DNA of 64,000 nucleotides. Origin: Puniceicoccaceae bacterium. Lineage in GTDB: Bacteria; Verrucomicrobiota; Verrucomicrobiia; Opitutales; Oceanipulchritudinaceae. This document shows positions 1 to 8,813 of the stretch, one piece after another. The position numbers and the translations under genes are program-made. Below the pieces are notes generated by a model. The model was not told where the DNA came from and did no database searches. It worked only from the letters and a program-made list of their open reading frames with translations. Location of the stretch: contig JBFOMH010000007.1 in the NCBI GenBank assembly GCA_040830765.1, forward strand, positions 38,356 to 102,355, in the 5' to 3' direction. Positions within the stretch are counted from its first letter, which is position 1; every line of letters starts with the position of its first letter.

Positions 1-2
1 CT

Positions 3-3000
3 GGCCGCATCAAGAAGACATCCGGTACCGGACAATTCACCTTCTCCAGTATCACGCCTACCAACACCGAGGATGGTCGAATTGAGGTCCACAGCGGAAC
101 CCTGGTTTTTAATAATGGTGTCAACGGCAGCGGCGTCCTCAATGCATCGAGTGGAGCGGTCCTGCACTCCCCCAACTCCTGCAGCCTGACCAATGTGGAC
201 TTGTCCGGGTTCGGCATCAAGCGCTTCAGCGCAGGCAACCTCACCCTGGCCGGTGATTGCAGCGGTCACAATGTCGAGCTCGCCGGGGCCAAGCTTCTCG
301 GCAGCCATACACTCAGTGGCAGCTGGAATTGGATCAGCGGGTTGATTGATGGTACGCCCGAGGACACAACCACCATCGCCGACACCGCCACCTTGACTGT
401 CACCGGTGAAGGCGATCATGAAATTCGCAACCGCTCCCTGGTCATCAATGGCATCCTCAATCACGAGGGGCCAGGTCGCCTGCATCTCAACTACGGTCCG
501 ACGGTCCAAGTCAGCCTGGGCGGCGTAATCAATATCCAGGGCGATCTTGAATGGGCCCATTCATGGGGGGATGCCGGGACGATAGTCAATGACGGGACGA
601 TTTCCAAGAACGCCGGCGATGGCATCGCTGTCATCAGTAACAATATCATCACCAACCACAACCTGCTCGAACTGACCAGCGGATCCCTGACCCTCAACGG
701 GGTCACTTTCAACAACATAGGAACAACCCGGATCGACACCGGAACACTTTCCTTTAGTGGCAACGGGACCAGTCCCGGGGAATGGATCCTCGCAGAGGGA
801 GCACTGCTCACCTTCACCGGCGGCAGTCCGATCATCGGGGAAGTTGCCTCCTTCACTGGTCTCGGTAACGTGAAAATTGCCGGGGCCACCGTTGCCTTCA
901 ATGGCCCGGTCAGGGTGCCCCGCCTGGAGTTGTCCACCGGTACCATAGCCGGATCGGGCGTGCTGTCCGTGACCAAGGCCTTCGGGTGGACCCGTAACTC
1001 AATGGTCAATGGTGCCCTCTCCATTGTCATTGAGAATGGTGCCGTTGGAACCATCTCGGGCGACGGCGACCACGACTTCCGGACCGGCAACCTGATCGTC
1101 GAGGGAACGCTTGAGCACCACGGACCCGGCAATCTGGTTTTTAATTACGGGGCGACCGTGGATATCGCCATCGGTGGCGTGGTCGACATCATGGGCGACT
1201 ACGCCTGGGGCTATAACTGGGGAGACGCGCCCGTCATGACCAACGCTGGAACCTTCGTTAAAAGCGCTGGCTCAGGTGACACCACCATCCAGAACGTCAG
1301 ACCCACCAATACCCCCGATGGGACCTTTCAGGCTTTGTCCGGCACCCTTGTGCTTAAAAGCGGCCTCAATGGCGGCGGCACCTTGGATGCGTCCGTGGGC
1401 GCGCTCATCACTATCCCGGCGTCTTCCAGCCTGACCAGCCTTACCCTGTCGGGCGAAGGCATCAAGCGTTTCACCGGCGGTGACCTCATCCTCGCCGGCG
1501 ACTGCACGGGCAACAAAGTCGAACTGGCCGGGACCCGGCTGCTTGGCAGCCATACACTGAGGGGAAACTGGAAGTGGATCAGCGGCATGATTGAAGGTCA
1601 GGACGAAACCACCACCATCGCCAGTGGTGCTGTCTTTTCGGTTGCTGGAGAGGGCGACCACGACTTGCGTTACCGCACGGTCCTGATTGAGGGCTTTCTC
1701 AATCATGACGGTCCCGGACGACTCCACCTTAACTATGGTCCAACGGTCCAGACAACCCTCGATGGCGTCATTAATATCCTCGGCGATCTGGAATGGCCAC
1801 ATTCATGGGGCGATGCGGGAACCATCATCAATGGCGGGACAATCTCCAAGAGCCTTGGGGATGGCATTGCAGTCATCAGCAACAACATCCTGACCAACAA
1901 CAACCTGATTGAGCTGACCAGCGGCTCGCTGACCCTGAATGGTGTCACGTTCACGAACAACGGCCAGGCCCGGATTGACGCCGGCACCCTCTCCTTCAGC
2001 GGGAACGGCACCAGCACCGGTCAATGGACGACCGCTGAGGGGACCCGTGTCAATTTCACCGGCGGCAGTCCGGTCATCGGTTCAGGCTCCACCTTCACTG
2101 GCCTCGGGGAATGGAAAGTCGCCGGAGCAACTGTCTACTTTGATGGAACGGTCAGTGTACCCAGGCTGGAGTTGAACTCCGGCAAGATTGCCGGATCAGG
2201 GATGCTCAGCGTGACCAAGGCCTTCGGCTGGACAAATGACTCCTTTGTTGATGGCACCCTCTCCATCATCATTGAAGACGGGGCCATTGGTACGATTTCA
2301 GGGGAAGGCAACCACGACTTCCGGGTTGGCAATCTCACTGTCCGGGGAACACTGGAGCACCACGGACCGGGGCAGCTCCTGTTCAATTACGGGGCGACCG
2401 TGGACAACCACGGGGTTGTGGACATCAAAGGCGACTTTACCTGGGGCTATCACTGGGGCGATGCACCTACCGTGACCAACGCCGGTATCTTCGTTAAGAG
2501 TTCCGGTTCCGAAACGGCCACGGTTCATAATATCAAGCCCACTAACACGCCCGAAGGGACCTTTGAGGTCTTGTCTGGCACCCTTGCCCTCAACAGCGGC
2601 CTGAACGGTGGGGGTATCCTTCAGGCTGCCGAGGGTGGCTTGTTACACATCCCCACCACCTCCAACCTCACCAATGTCAACCTCCCCGGAAACGGCATCA
2701 AGCGCTTCTCTGGAGGCAACCTTACCCTCGCCGGCTATTGCAGCGGTAATAATGTGGAGCTCGCCGGAGCCAAGCTCTTCGGGAGCCACACCCTCAGGGG
2801 CCATTGGTACTGGATCAGTGGCATAATCGAGGGAACAACAGAGGATACCACCACGATTGCCCCCGGGGCCGTCCTATCGGCCACAGGGGACGGCGACCAC
2901 GACATCCGTAACCGGACCCTGAGTGTCGAAGGCACCCTCAACCACGACGGTCCCGGTCGACTCCATCTCAACTACGGCACAAATCTCCGGACCGTCCCGG

Positions 3001-4016
3001 GCGGGACCATCAACATCCAGGACGATCTCGTCTGGCAGTATTCATGGGGCAATGCCCCGGCCATCTCCAATGAAGGCACTATCGCCAAGACTGGCGGTGA
3101 GGGCGAAGTGGTCTTTAATAGTCCCCGGCCAGTTAATAAATCCACCGGCCGCATCGAGTCGCACAGTGGAACCATCCGCTTCCCGGGTGGAGTAACCGAA
3201 GGTGGCACCTTCCATGCCGCAGAGGGCGCGCAGATCCTTATCGAGAACAGCTCCAGCCTTACGGATGTCCGCTTCAGCGGTCCAGGTATCCAGTTGCTCA
3301 CGGGCGGTGATGTTACCCTTTCCGGCGACTGCCATTCGGAGAACCTGGAAATCCACGGGGCCGACATCCTCGGCACCCACACCCTCCATGGCACATGGCA
3401 CTGGCGGACAGGGGAGTTCAGGGGTCCCGGTACCACCACCCTCGCCCCCTATGCCTACCTGCGCCTTATTGGCGACACCGACCACATCCTCCGCGGTCGA
3501 GACTTAACCAATACAGGCTTCATCTGGCATGAGGGGATGGGCCGCCTTGTCCTCGCCGACAACGCCAGCCTGAGCAACGCCCCGACGGGTGCCTGTGTCC
3601 TTGCCAGTGATTCCTCATGGACAAACGCTGAGGGGCAGGAAGCCACCTTTATCAACAACGGGGTGATCTACAAAATCGGCCAGACAGGGGCCAGCTGGTT
3701 CGACCTCGATTTCCAGAACAACGGCGCTCTCGTTTCCTACATGGGCTGGTTTGTCGTCGAGGACTGGGTCTGGCACGCCGAGCAAGGCTGGATTTACTGC
3801 ATCATGGTCGACGACAGAAGTTTGTATTACTATGATGCCGGTGTCGATTGCTGGGCCTGGACCGGCCCGGAGTACTATGCGTGGATTTACTGGTTTTGGC
3901 CCATCGAGAGGTGGAGCTACTGCGTCTGGGCCGTCCCGGGGGAACGGTGGTTCTGGATCTATCCCGAGGATATCCACAAGCCGGAAGAGGAAATGATGCC
4001 CCAGCCGTCCCTATGA
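3..4016 (+). CDS. Large Gly/Thr/Asn-rich repetitive surface protein (beta-helix/adhesin-like), 5'-truncated by the window, with a Trp-rich C-terminal domain
   Basis: The frame is open from base 3 (GRIKKTSGTG...), upstream of the listed start at 195. The motif GIKRF..G.L.LAG.C.G..VELAG recurs at 213, 1458 and 2694. The tail is rich in W and Y. Confidence 0.8.
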   Translation, partial: GRIKKTSGTGQFTFSSITPTNTEDGRIEVHSGTLVFNNGVNGSGVLNASSGAVLHSPNSCSLTNVDLSGFGIKRFSAGNLTLAGDCSGHNVELAGAKLLGSHTLSGSWNWISGLIDGTPEDTTTIADTATLTVTGEGDHEIRNRSLVINGILNHEGPGRLHLNYGPTVQVSLGGVINIQGDLEWAHSWGDAGTIVNDGTISKNAGDGIAVISNNIITNHNLLELTSGSLTLNGVTFNNIGTTRIDTGTLSFSGNGTSPGEWILAEGALLTFTGGSPIIGEVASFTGLGNVKIAGATVAFNGPVRVPRLELSTGTIAGSGVLSVTKAFGWTRNSMVNGALSIVIENGAVGTISGDGDHDFRTGNLIVEGTLEHHGPGNLVFNYGATVDIAIGGVVDIMGDYAWGYNWGDAPVMTNAGTFVKSAGSGDTTIQNVRPTNTPDGTFQALSGTLVLKSGLNGGGTLDASVGALITIPASSSLTSLTLSGEGIKRFTGGDLILAGDCTGNKVELAGTRLLGSHTLRGNWKWISGMIEGQDETTTIASGAVFSVAGEGDHDLRYRTVLIEGFLNHDGPGRLHLNYGPTVQTTLDGVINILGDLEWPHSWGDAGTIINGGTISKSLGDGIAVISNNILTNNNLIELTSGSLTLNGVTFTNNGQARIDAGTLSFSGNGTSTGQWTTAEGTRVNFTGGSPVIGSGSTFTGLGEWKVAGATVYFDGTVSVPRLELNSGKIAGSGMLSVTKAFGWTNDSFVDGTLSIIIEDGAIGTISGEGNHDFRVGNLTVRGTLEHHGPGQLLFNYGATVDNHGVVDIKGDFTWGYHWGDAPTVTNAGIFVKSSGSETATVHNIKPTNTPEGTFEVLSGTLALNSGLNGGGILQAAEGGLLHIPTTSNLTNVNLPGNGIKRFSGGNLTLAGYCSGNNVELAGAKLFGSHTLRGHWYWISGIIEGTTEDTTTIAPGAVLSATGDGDHDIRNRTLSVEGTLNHDGPGRLHLNYGTNLRTVPGGTINIQDDLVWQYSWGNAPAISNEGTIAKTGGEGEVVFNSPRPVNKSTGRIESHSGTIRFPGGVTEGGTFHAAEGAQILIENSSSLTDVRFSGPGIQLLTGGDVTLSGDCHSENLEIHGADILGTHTLHGTWHWRTGEFRGPGTTTLAPYAYLRLIGDTDHILRGRDLTNTGFIWHEGMGRLVLADNASLSNAPTGACVLASDSSWTNAEGQEATFINNGVIYKIGQTGASWFDLDFQNNGALVSYMGWFVVEDWVWHAEQGWIYCIMVDDRSLYYYDAGVDCWAWTGPEYYAWIYWFWPIERWSYCVWAVPGERWFWIYPEDIHKPEEEMMPQPSL

Positions 4017-6185
4017 ATCCTCTTCAGCGGCCCGTTGCTCATCCTTTCCGGATTCCTCCTCCTTGAGCCGTTGAAGTTCCAGCGGGTGTTCGGATTGCAT
4101 TTCCTCCTCAGACATCATGCCAGTCAGCCAGGACAGGTTCATTGGGTAGACGTCGGGATTGAAGATGACAAAGTAGAAGTGCCACACGATAATCGCCAGG
4201 GTCGCCAAAACCGCCTCGTAGAAGTGGATCGTCCGGCTGATATCAAAGCCCAGCTTGGTCAGCAGCCCGATGGTCGTGTTCTCGTACCAGAGCAGGAAAC
4301 CGGTTACCGACATCAGGATGCTTCCCCAGATCAGCGCCCAGTACTCCGTCTTCTCAATATAGCTGAAGCGGGCAAAGCGGGGCCGCTCCTTCGAGAGACC
4401 GAGATTGTAGCGCAGGATCATCTTCATGTCGGTGAGATCCTTCCACCTTGGAAGAATGTCATGGAACACCTGTCGCCCGCGCTCGGTGAAGGCAATATAG
4501 CCTATGTGCCACACCCCACTGAGGCACATCACGACTCCGGCAATCCGGTGGACCAAGCCTCTTAACTCGAAGAGATGACCATTGAGCTCACGCAATGCCT
4601 CCACCCACCAGGCCTCCGGGTAGCGCAGCATGAAGCCGGTTATGCAGAGGATGATGAAACTCAGGGCAAGGGTGCCGTGTTGCAGCCGCTCATTGACAGT
4701 CAGGCGCAGATAGAGACGATGGGGTTGCCCGTCCGGGAGTTGTCGATGCGGCTTTCCCTGGTAAGTCGCCTTCAGGCGTACCTTTTGGAAGAAATCAAGA
4801 CCATTGTGAAGGGTCATCCCACCAATGATCAGGCAGATGCCCCAGATGTAGATGGTGGCGATCCAGTAGAGCACCGGCTCCTCCGAATGGGTATCCAAAC
4901 TGACGTGTACCTTCCCCCGGGCAAAGCGCTCATTGGCCCCCTCATGGCAATGGCCGCAGGTCTCGGCCAGGTTGTTGGGATGGACCCATGATTCCGGATC
5001 ATCACAGGCCCGGACATCATGATAGGCGTGGCAACTGGCACAATTGACCGCCTCCACTGCACCCCCGCGGGTGGCCAGGCCGTGGAAACTGTCCTCGAAG
5101 GTCTCCAAGCGGTCCGCCTCCAGTCCGTAACGCTCGGCAAGGCGCACCGATCCATGGCACTCCCCGCAGACCTGCTCCGCCATGTTGGCCGGGGCAATCG
5201 GCGCTTTGGGATCCGTGTGGTGCATGATGTTGTGCTCCCCATGGCAATCCGTACAGACCGGGGCATCGAGGTAGCCTTTGGCCAGGACCGTGGCATGGAT
5301 GGAGTGCAGATAGTCTTCCGCCGCCTTGGGGTGACATTGGGCACACTGGGATACCACCCGTCCCCGGCTCACAGCGGATTCCACATCGGAGGCCCGTCCA
5401 ACCGAATGACTGTCATGGCAATTGATGCAGGTTGGCGCGCTTTCATTTCCCTCAAACAGGGCCTTTCCGTGGACACTGCGTTCATAGGACGTGATGAACG
5501 GCGTCCCGTAGAGAGTCTGGCCGGAAACTTCCGGATTCTCGACATGACAGCTGACACAGAAATCCGCCAGCATTGCCTTGTGATGGGCAAGATCCAGTTT
5601 CTGGGCCTCCACCACCAGGTCGGATGTATGGCAGTCAAGGCAGGTCGGGGCAGTCTCTACTCCCTCTTCAAGCGCTCGGGCATGTGCGCAATGGAGGTAC
5701 TTAATCGATTGTTCCTCATGGCAAATCCCGCAGCGGCTGGTCTGCCGGGCATTGGCAAAGGGATAATCCGGATGGTCACTGCCAAGGATCTGATGAGAGC
5801 CATGGCAGCCGGTACATCTCAGGCGCTCCGTCAAAATGGTTTCCTCGTCCAGATCGTCGAAGCCCTCGTGAAACAAATGGTTCCCGGCGAGGTCATCGTG
5901 ACAGTCCAAGCAGCCGACAACCGCCGGGACGATTGGATCCGCGTGCGGCAGGTCGTCCTCGTCTAACCCGGCGTGGCAGTCGCCGCAGTCGAATCCCTCA
6001 TGGGGAGTTCCTTCGAAATGCGAATCCGTCACATACAAGGATACTTCCTGCCCTCCACGCTCCATGGTCATGGACCCATCGTCATGGCAGTCCAGGCAGC
6101 TCTCCGCACCGGCCGGGATTCCCATCATCACCGTCATCAGGAAAGCCGTGCAGCTTGCCCTCAATTCCAAGAAGCGCTTTCTCAT
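4011..6185 (-). CDS. Multiheme cytochrome c (13 CxxCH) fused to a C-terminal cytochrome b (FdnI/HydC-like) membrane domain; CbcL-like
   Basis: Signal peptide, 13 CxxCH counted, then TM helices with ERLQH, HRIAG, YIEKTEYWA and HFYEA..WHFY motifs. Confidence 0.85.
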   Translation of the reverse strand: MRKRFLELRASCTAFLMTVMMGIPAGAESCLDCHDDGSMTMERGGQEVSLYVTDSHFEGTPHEGFDCGDCHAGLDEDDLPHADPIVPAVVGCLDCHDDLAGNHLFHEGFDDLDEETILTERLRCTGCHGSHQILGSDHPDYPFANARQTSRCGICHEEQSIKYLHCAHARALEEGVETAPTCLDCHTSDLVVEAQKLDLAHHKAMLADFCVSCHVENPEVSGQTLYGTPFITSYERSVHGKALFEGNESAPTCINCHDSHSVGRASDVESAVSRGRVVSQCAQCHPKAAEDYLHSIHATVLAKGYLDAPVCTDCHGEHNIMHHTDPKAPIAPANMAEQVCGECHGSVRLAERYGLEADRLETFEDSFHGLATRGGAVEAVNCASCHAYHDVRACDDPESWVHPNNLAETCGHCHEGANERFARGKVHVSLDTHSEEPVLYWIATIYIWGICLIIGGMTLHNGLDFFQKVRLKATYQGKPHRQLPDGQPHRLYLRLTVNERLQHGTLALSFIILCITGFMLRYPEAWWVEALRELNGHLFELRGLVHRIAGVVMCLSGVWHIGYIAFTERGRQVFHDILPRWKDLTDMKMILRYNLGLSKERPRFARFSYIEKTEYWALIWGSILMSVTGFLLWYENTTIGLLTKLGFDISRTIHFYEAVLATLAIIVWHFYFVIFNPDVYPMNLSWLTGMMSEEEMQSEHPLELQRLKEEESGKDEQRAAEEDS

Positions 6186-6338
6186 TTCCCTCCTCTTTTC
6201 CTATAAGCAGCTCTAAATCTGTTTCAGCATAAAAAAAGCAAATGTTATAGACAATCATATAATTATACCCAATACTCGATTTCTCGAAGGCCGGAAAAAC
6301 CAGCTCAATTCAACCCGGTCGTTCAGCAACAAAACCCC

Positions 6339-8444
6339 ATGAAAACCGTAAGCCGCCTACTGACGTTGGCCCTGGTTCTTGCCCAGCCCAGCTTCGCTGA
6401 CGAATCGCTCTCCAATGAGAGCTGCCTCGATTGCCACAATGATCCCGGCTGGACCGAGATGCGCAAGGGCAAGGAGGTCTCCATGCATGTCGATCCGGAG
6501 GTCTTTGCCAACTCCCTGCACGGGGACTTTGACTGCATCGACTGCCACGTCGATATCGAGGAAGTTCCGCATGCGGACAAACTGGAATATGCTTCCTGTG
6601 CAGATTGTCATGATGATGTGCAGGATGAGTACGAGCACAGCATCCACGGGGCCATGAAGGTCATGGGCAACGGCGATGCTGCCAGCTGTGGGGACTGCCA
6701 CGGCTACCATGATATCCAGCCCGTCGATTCAATCGACTCCCCTGTCTTCAAGATGAACTTGGCCCGGATGTGTGCCAAGTGCCATGACAACCCGGGTATC
6801 ACCGAGGAATACCGCATGCGGGTACCGGAAGCTGGTAGTCACTATGCGGAAAGTATCCATGGCAAGGCCCTCATGCAGTACGGGCTCATCGTTGCTCCCT
6901 CCTGCAACGATTGCCATGGGGTCCACAACATCCGGAGGGCTGTGGATGAGAATTCCATGGTCCACCACACAAACATTGATGAAACCTGTGGGCAATGTCA
7001 CGTCGGCGTGGCTGAGGAATACGCCAAGAGCGTCCATGGCCAGCACCTCGATGATGAGGGGAAGATGGTTGCGGTCTGTAACGACTGCCACACGGCCCAC
7101 GATATTGAAATTCCCGGCTCGGCCCATTTCAAGGCCACCAGTGATGAAAAATGCGGAGCCTGCCATGCTGACCGGTTGCACAATTACCACGAGACCTACC
7201 ACGGCAAGGCCATGGTCCTCGGCGAGGCCAACAAGGCCCCGGAAGTCGCAGCCTGCTATGACTGCCACGGCCACCACAATATCCTTCCAGAAGAGAATCC
7301 AGAATCCTGGTTGTCGGAAGAGAACATCCTTGCGACCTGTGCCAAGTGCCATGAAGGGGCCAATGCCAACTTTTCCGGCTATGTCCCGCATGCCGACCAT
7401 ACCGACAAGGAAAACTATCCCTGGCTCTACTATTCTTTCGTCTTCATGACGACTCTCCTCATCAGCGTCTTCATCTTCTTCGGGATCCATACCTTCTTCT
7501 GGCTTTTTCGTTCGGCCTACCTCTTCTTCCATGATTCGAAAACCTTCCATGAGGCCCGCTTCAAGGTGAAAGATGACGGTGAATGGTACACCCGCTTTGT
7601 CCCCTTCGAGCGCTTCCTCCACTTCCTCGTCGTGACCAGCTTCCTGCTCCTGGTCGTTACTGGAATGCCGCTTAAGTTCTACTACACGGACTGGGCCCAG
7701 GCCCTGTTCACCATGATGGGTGGTGTTGATGTGGCCCGCTCTCTGCACCACTTCGGGGCTATCATCACATTCCTCTACTTCGGGCTGCACCTCGGGGACC
7801 GGTTGATTGCCATCATCCGCAACTGGAAGGTCATCCTGGATCCCGAATCCAAACGCCCCAGCTGGAAGCGCATGATGAACATCGCCTTTGGACCGGACTC
7901 GATGATGCCCAGCAAGCAGGACTGGCAGGACTTCATCGCCCACCAGAAGTGGTTCTTTGGCAAGGGCGAAAAGCCGCAGTTCGACCGCTGGACTTACTGG
8001 GAAAAGTTTGACTACCTGGCCGTCTTCTGGGGGGTCGCGATCATTGGCCTATCCGGCATGATCATGTGGTTCCCAATTTTCTTCTCCACTTTCCTCCCCG
8101 GCTGGGCCATTAATGTCGCCCTGATTGTCCACTCCGACGAGGCCCTCCTGGCAGCCGGCTTCATCTTTACCTTCCACTTCTTCAACACCCACTTCCGACT
8201 GGAAAAACTGCCCATGGACACGGTCATCTTCTCCGGGCGCATCTCCAAGGCGGAAATGCTCCACGAGCGCAAGCGCTGGTACGACCGATTGGTCGCCGAG
8301 GGTCGACTCGAGGAACACCGCGTCCGCGACGAATGGGAACGTTGGAAGCGCATCGCCAAGGCCTTCGGATACGGCTTCTTCGGACTCGGGATCATCCTCC
8401 TCCTGATGATTATTTACGCCATGGCCGTGCGGTTGCTGCATTAA
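6339..8444 (+). CDS. Multiheme cytochrome c (11 CxxCH) fused to a cytochrome b membrane domain; CbcL-like
   Basis: Signal peptide, 11 CxxCH counted, then ERFLH, SLHHFGA, FDRWTYWEKFDY and HSDEALLA..FHFFN motifs. Confidence 0.87.
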   Translation: MKTVSRLLTLALVLAQPSFADESLSNESCLDCHNDPGWTEMRKGKEVSMHVDPEVFANSLHGDFDCIDCHVDIEEVPHADKLEYASCADCHDDVQDEYEHSIHGAMKVMGNGDAASCGDCHGYHDIQPVDSIDSPVFKMNLARMCAKCHDNPGITEEYRMRVPEAGSHYAESIHGKALMQYGLIVAPSCNDCHGVHNIRRAVDENSMVHHTNIDETCGQCHVGVAEEYAKSVHGQHLDDEGKMVAVCNDCHTAHDIEIPGSAHFKATSDEKCGACHADRLHNYHETYHGKAMVLGEANKAPEVAACYDCHGHHNILPEENPESWLSEENILATCAKCHEGANANFSGYVPHADHTDKENYPWLYYSFVFMTTLLISVFIFFGIHTFFWLFRSAYLFFHDSKTFHEARFKVKDDGEWYTRFVPFERFLHFLVVTSFLLLVVTGMPLKFYYTDWAQALFTMMGGVDVARSLHHFGAIITFLYFGLHLGDRLIAIIRNWKVILDPESKRPSWKRMMNIAFGPDSMMPSKQDWQDFIAHQKWFFGKGEKPQFDRWTYWEKFDYLAVFWGVAIIGLSGMIMWFPIFFSTFLPGWAINVALIVHSDEALLAAGFIFTFHFFNTHFRLEKLPMDTVIFSGRISKAEMLHERKRWYDRLVAEGRLEEHRVRDEWERWKRIAKAFGYGFFGLGIILLLMIIYAMAVRLLH

Positions 8445-8778
8445 TTCCCCGCGTAAATCATTCGTTCCCCGCGTAAATCATTCGTTCCCCGCGTTGAAAC
8501 GCGGGTCTGATCTCCCGCCATCCCGACGGGATGGCATTACCAATAGGCCCTGGTTTTAACCAGGGCTAGGTGTGGCATTGAATCATTCGTTCCCCGCGTT
8601 GAAACGCGGGTCTGACCTCCGCCATCCCGACGGGATGGCAATATCAATAAGCCCTGGTTTTAACCGGGGCTGGGACGGGCCGCGATACACCATTCGTTCC
8701 CCGCGTTGAAACGCGGGTCTGATCTCCCGCCATCCCGACGGGATGGCATTACCAATAGGCCCTGGTTTTAACCAGGGC
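8445..8778. repeat. REP/REPIN-like cluster: a 20-bp tandem duplication plus three ~88-bp units, each with three palindromes
   Basis: Unit = CCCGCG-TTGAAA-CGCGGG / GCCATCCC-GAC-GGGATGGC / CCCTGG-TTTTAA-CCAGGG, at about 8485, 8590 and 8697. Confidence 0.9.
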
Positions 8779-8813
8779 TTGCCATCGAATCCTCCCGAGA
8801 CTAACTCGGATGC

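Noticed and set aside
8445..8778. Repeat-spacer-repeat pattern as a mini-CRISPR or a simple terminator
   Set aside because: Units are ~88 bp with three hairpins and only short spacers, have no poly-T tail, and match the transposase-flanking repeats.
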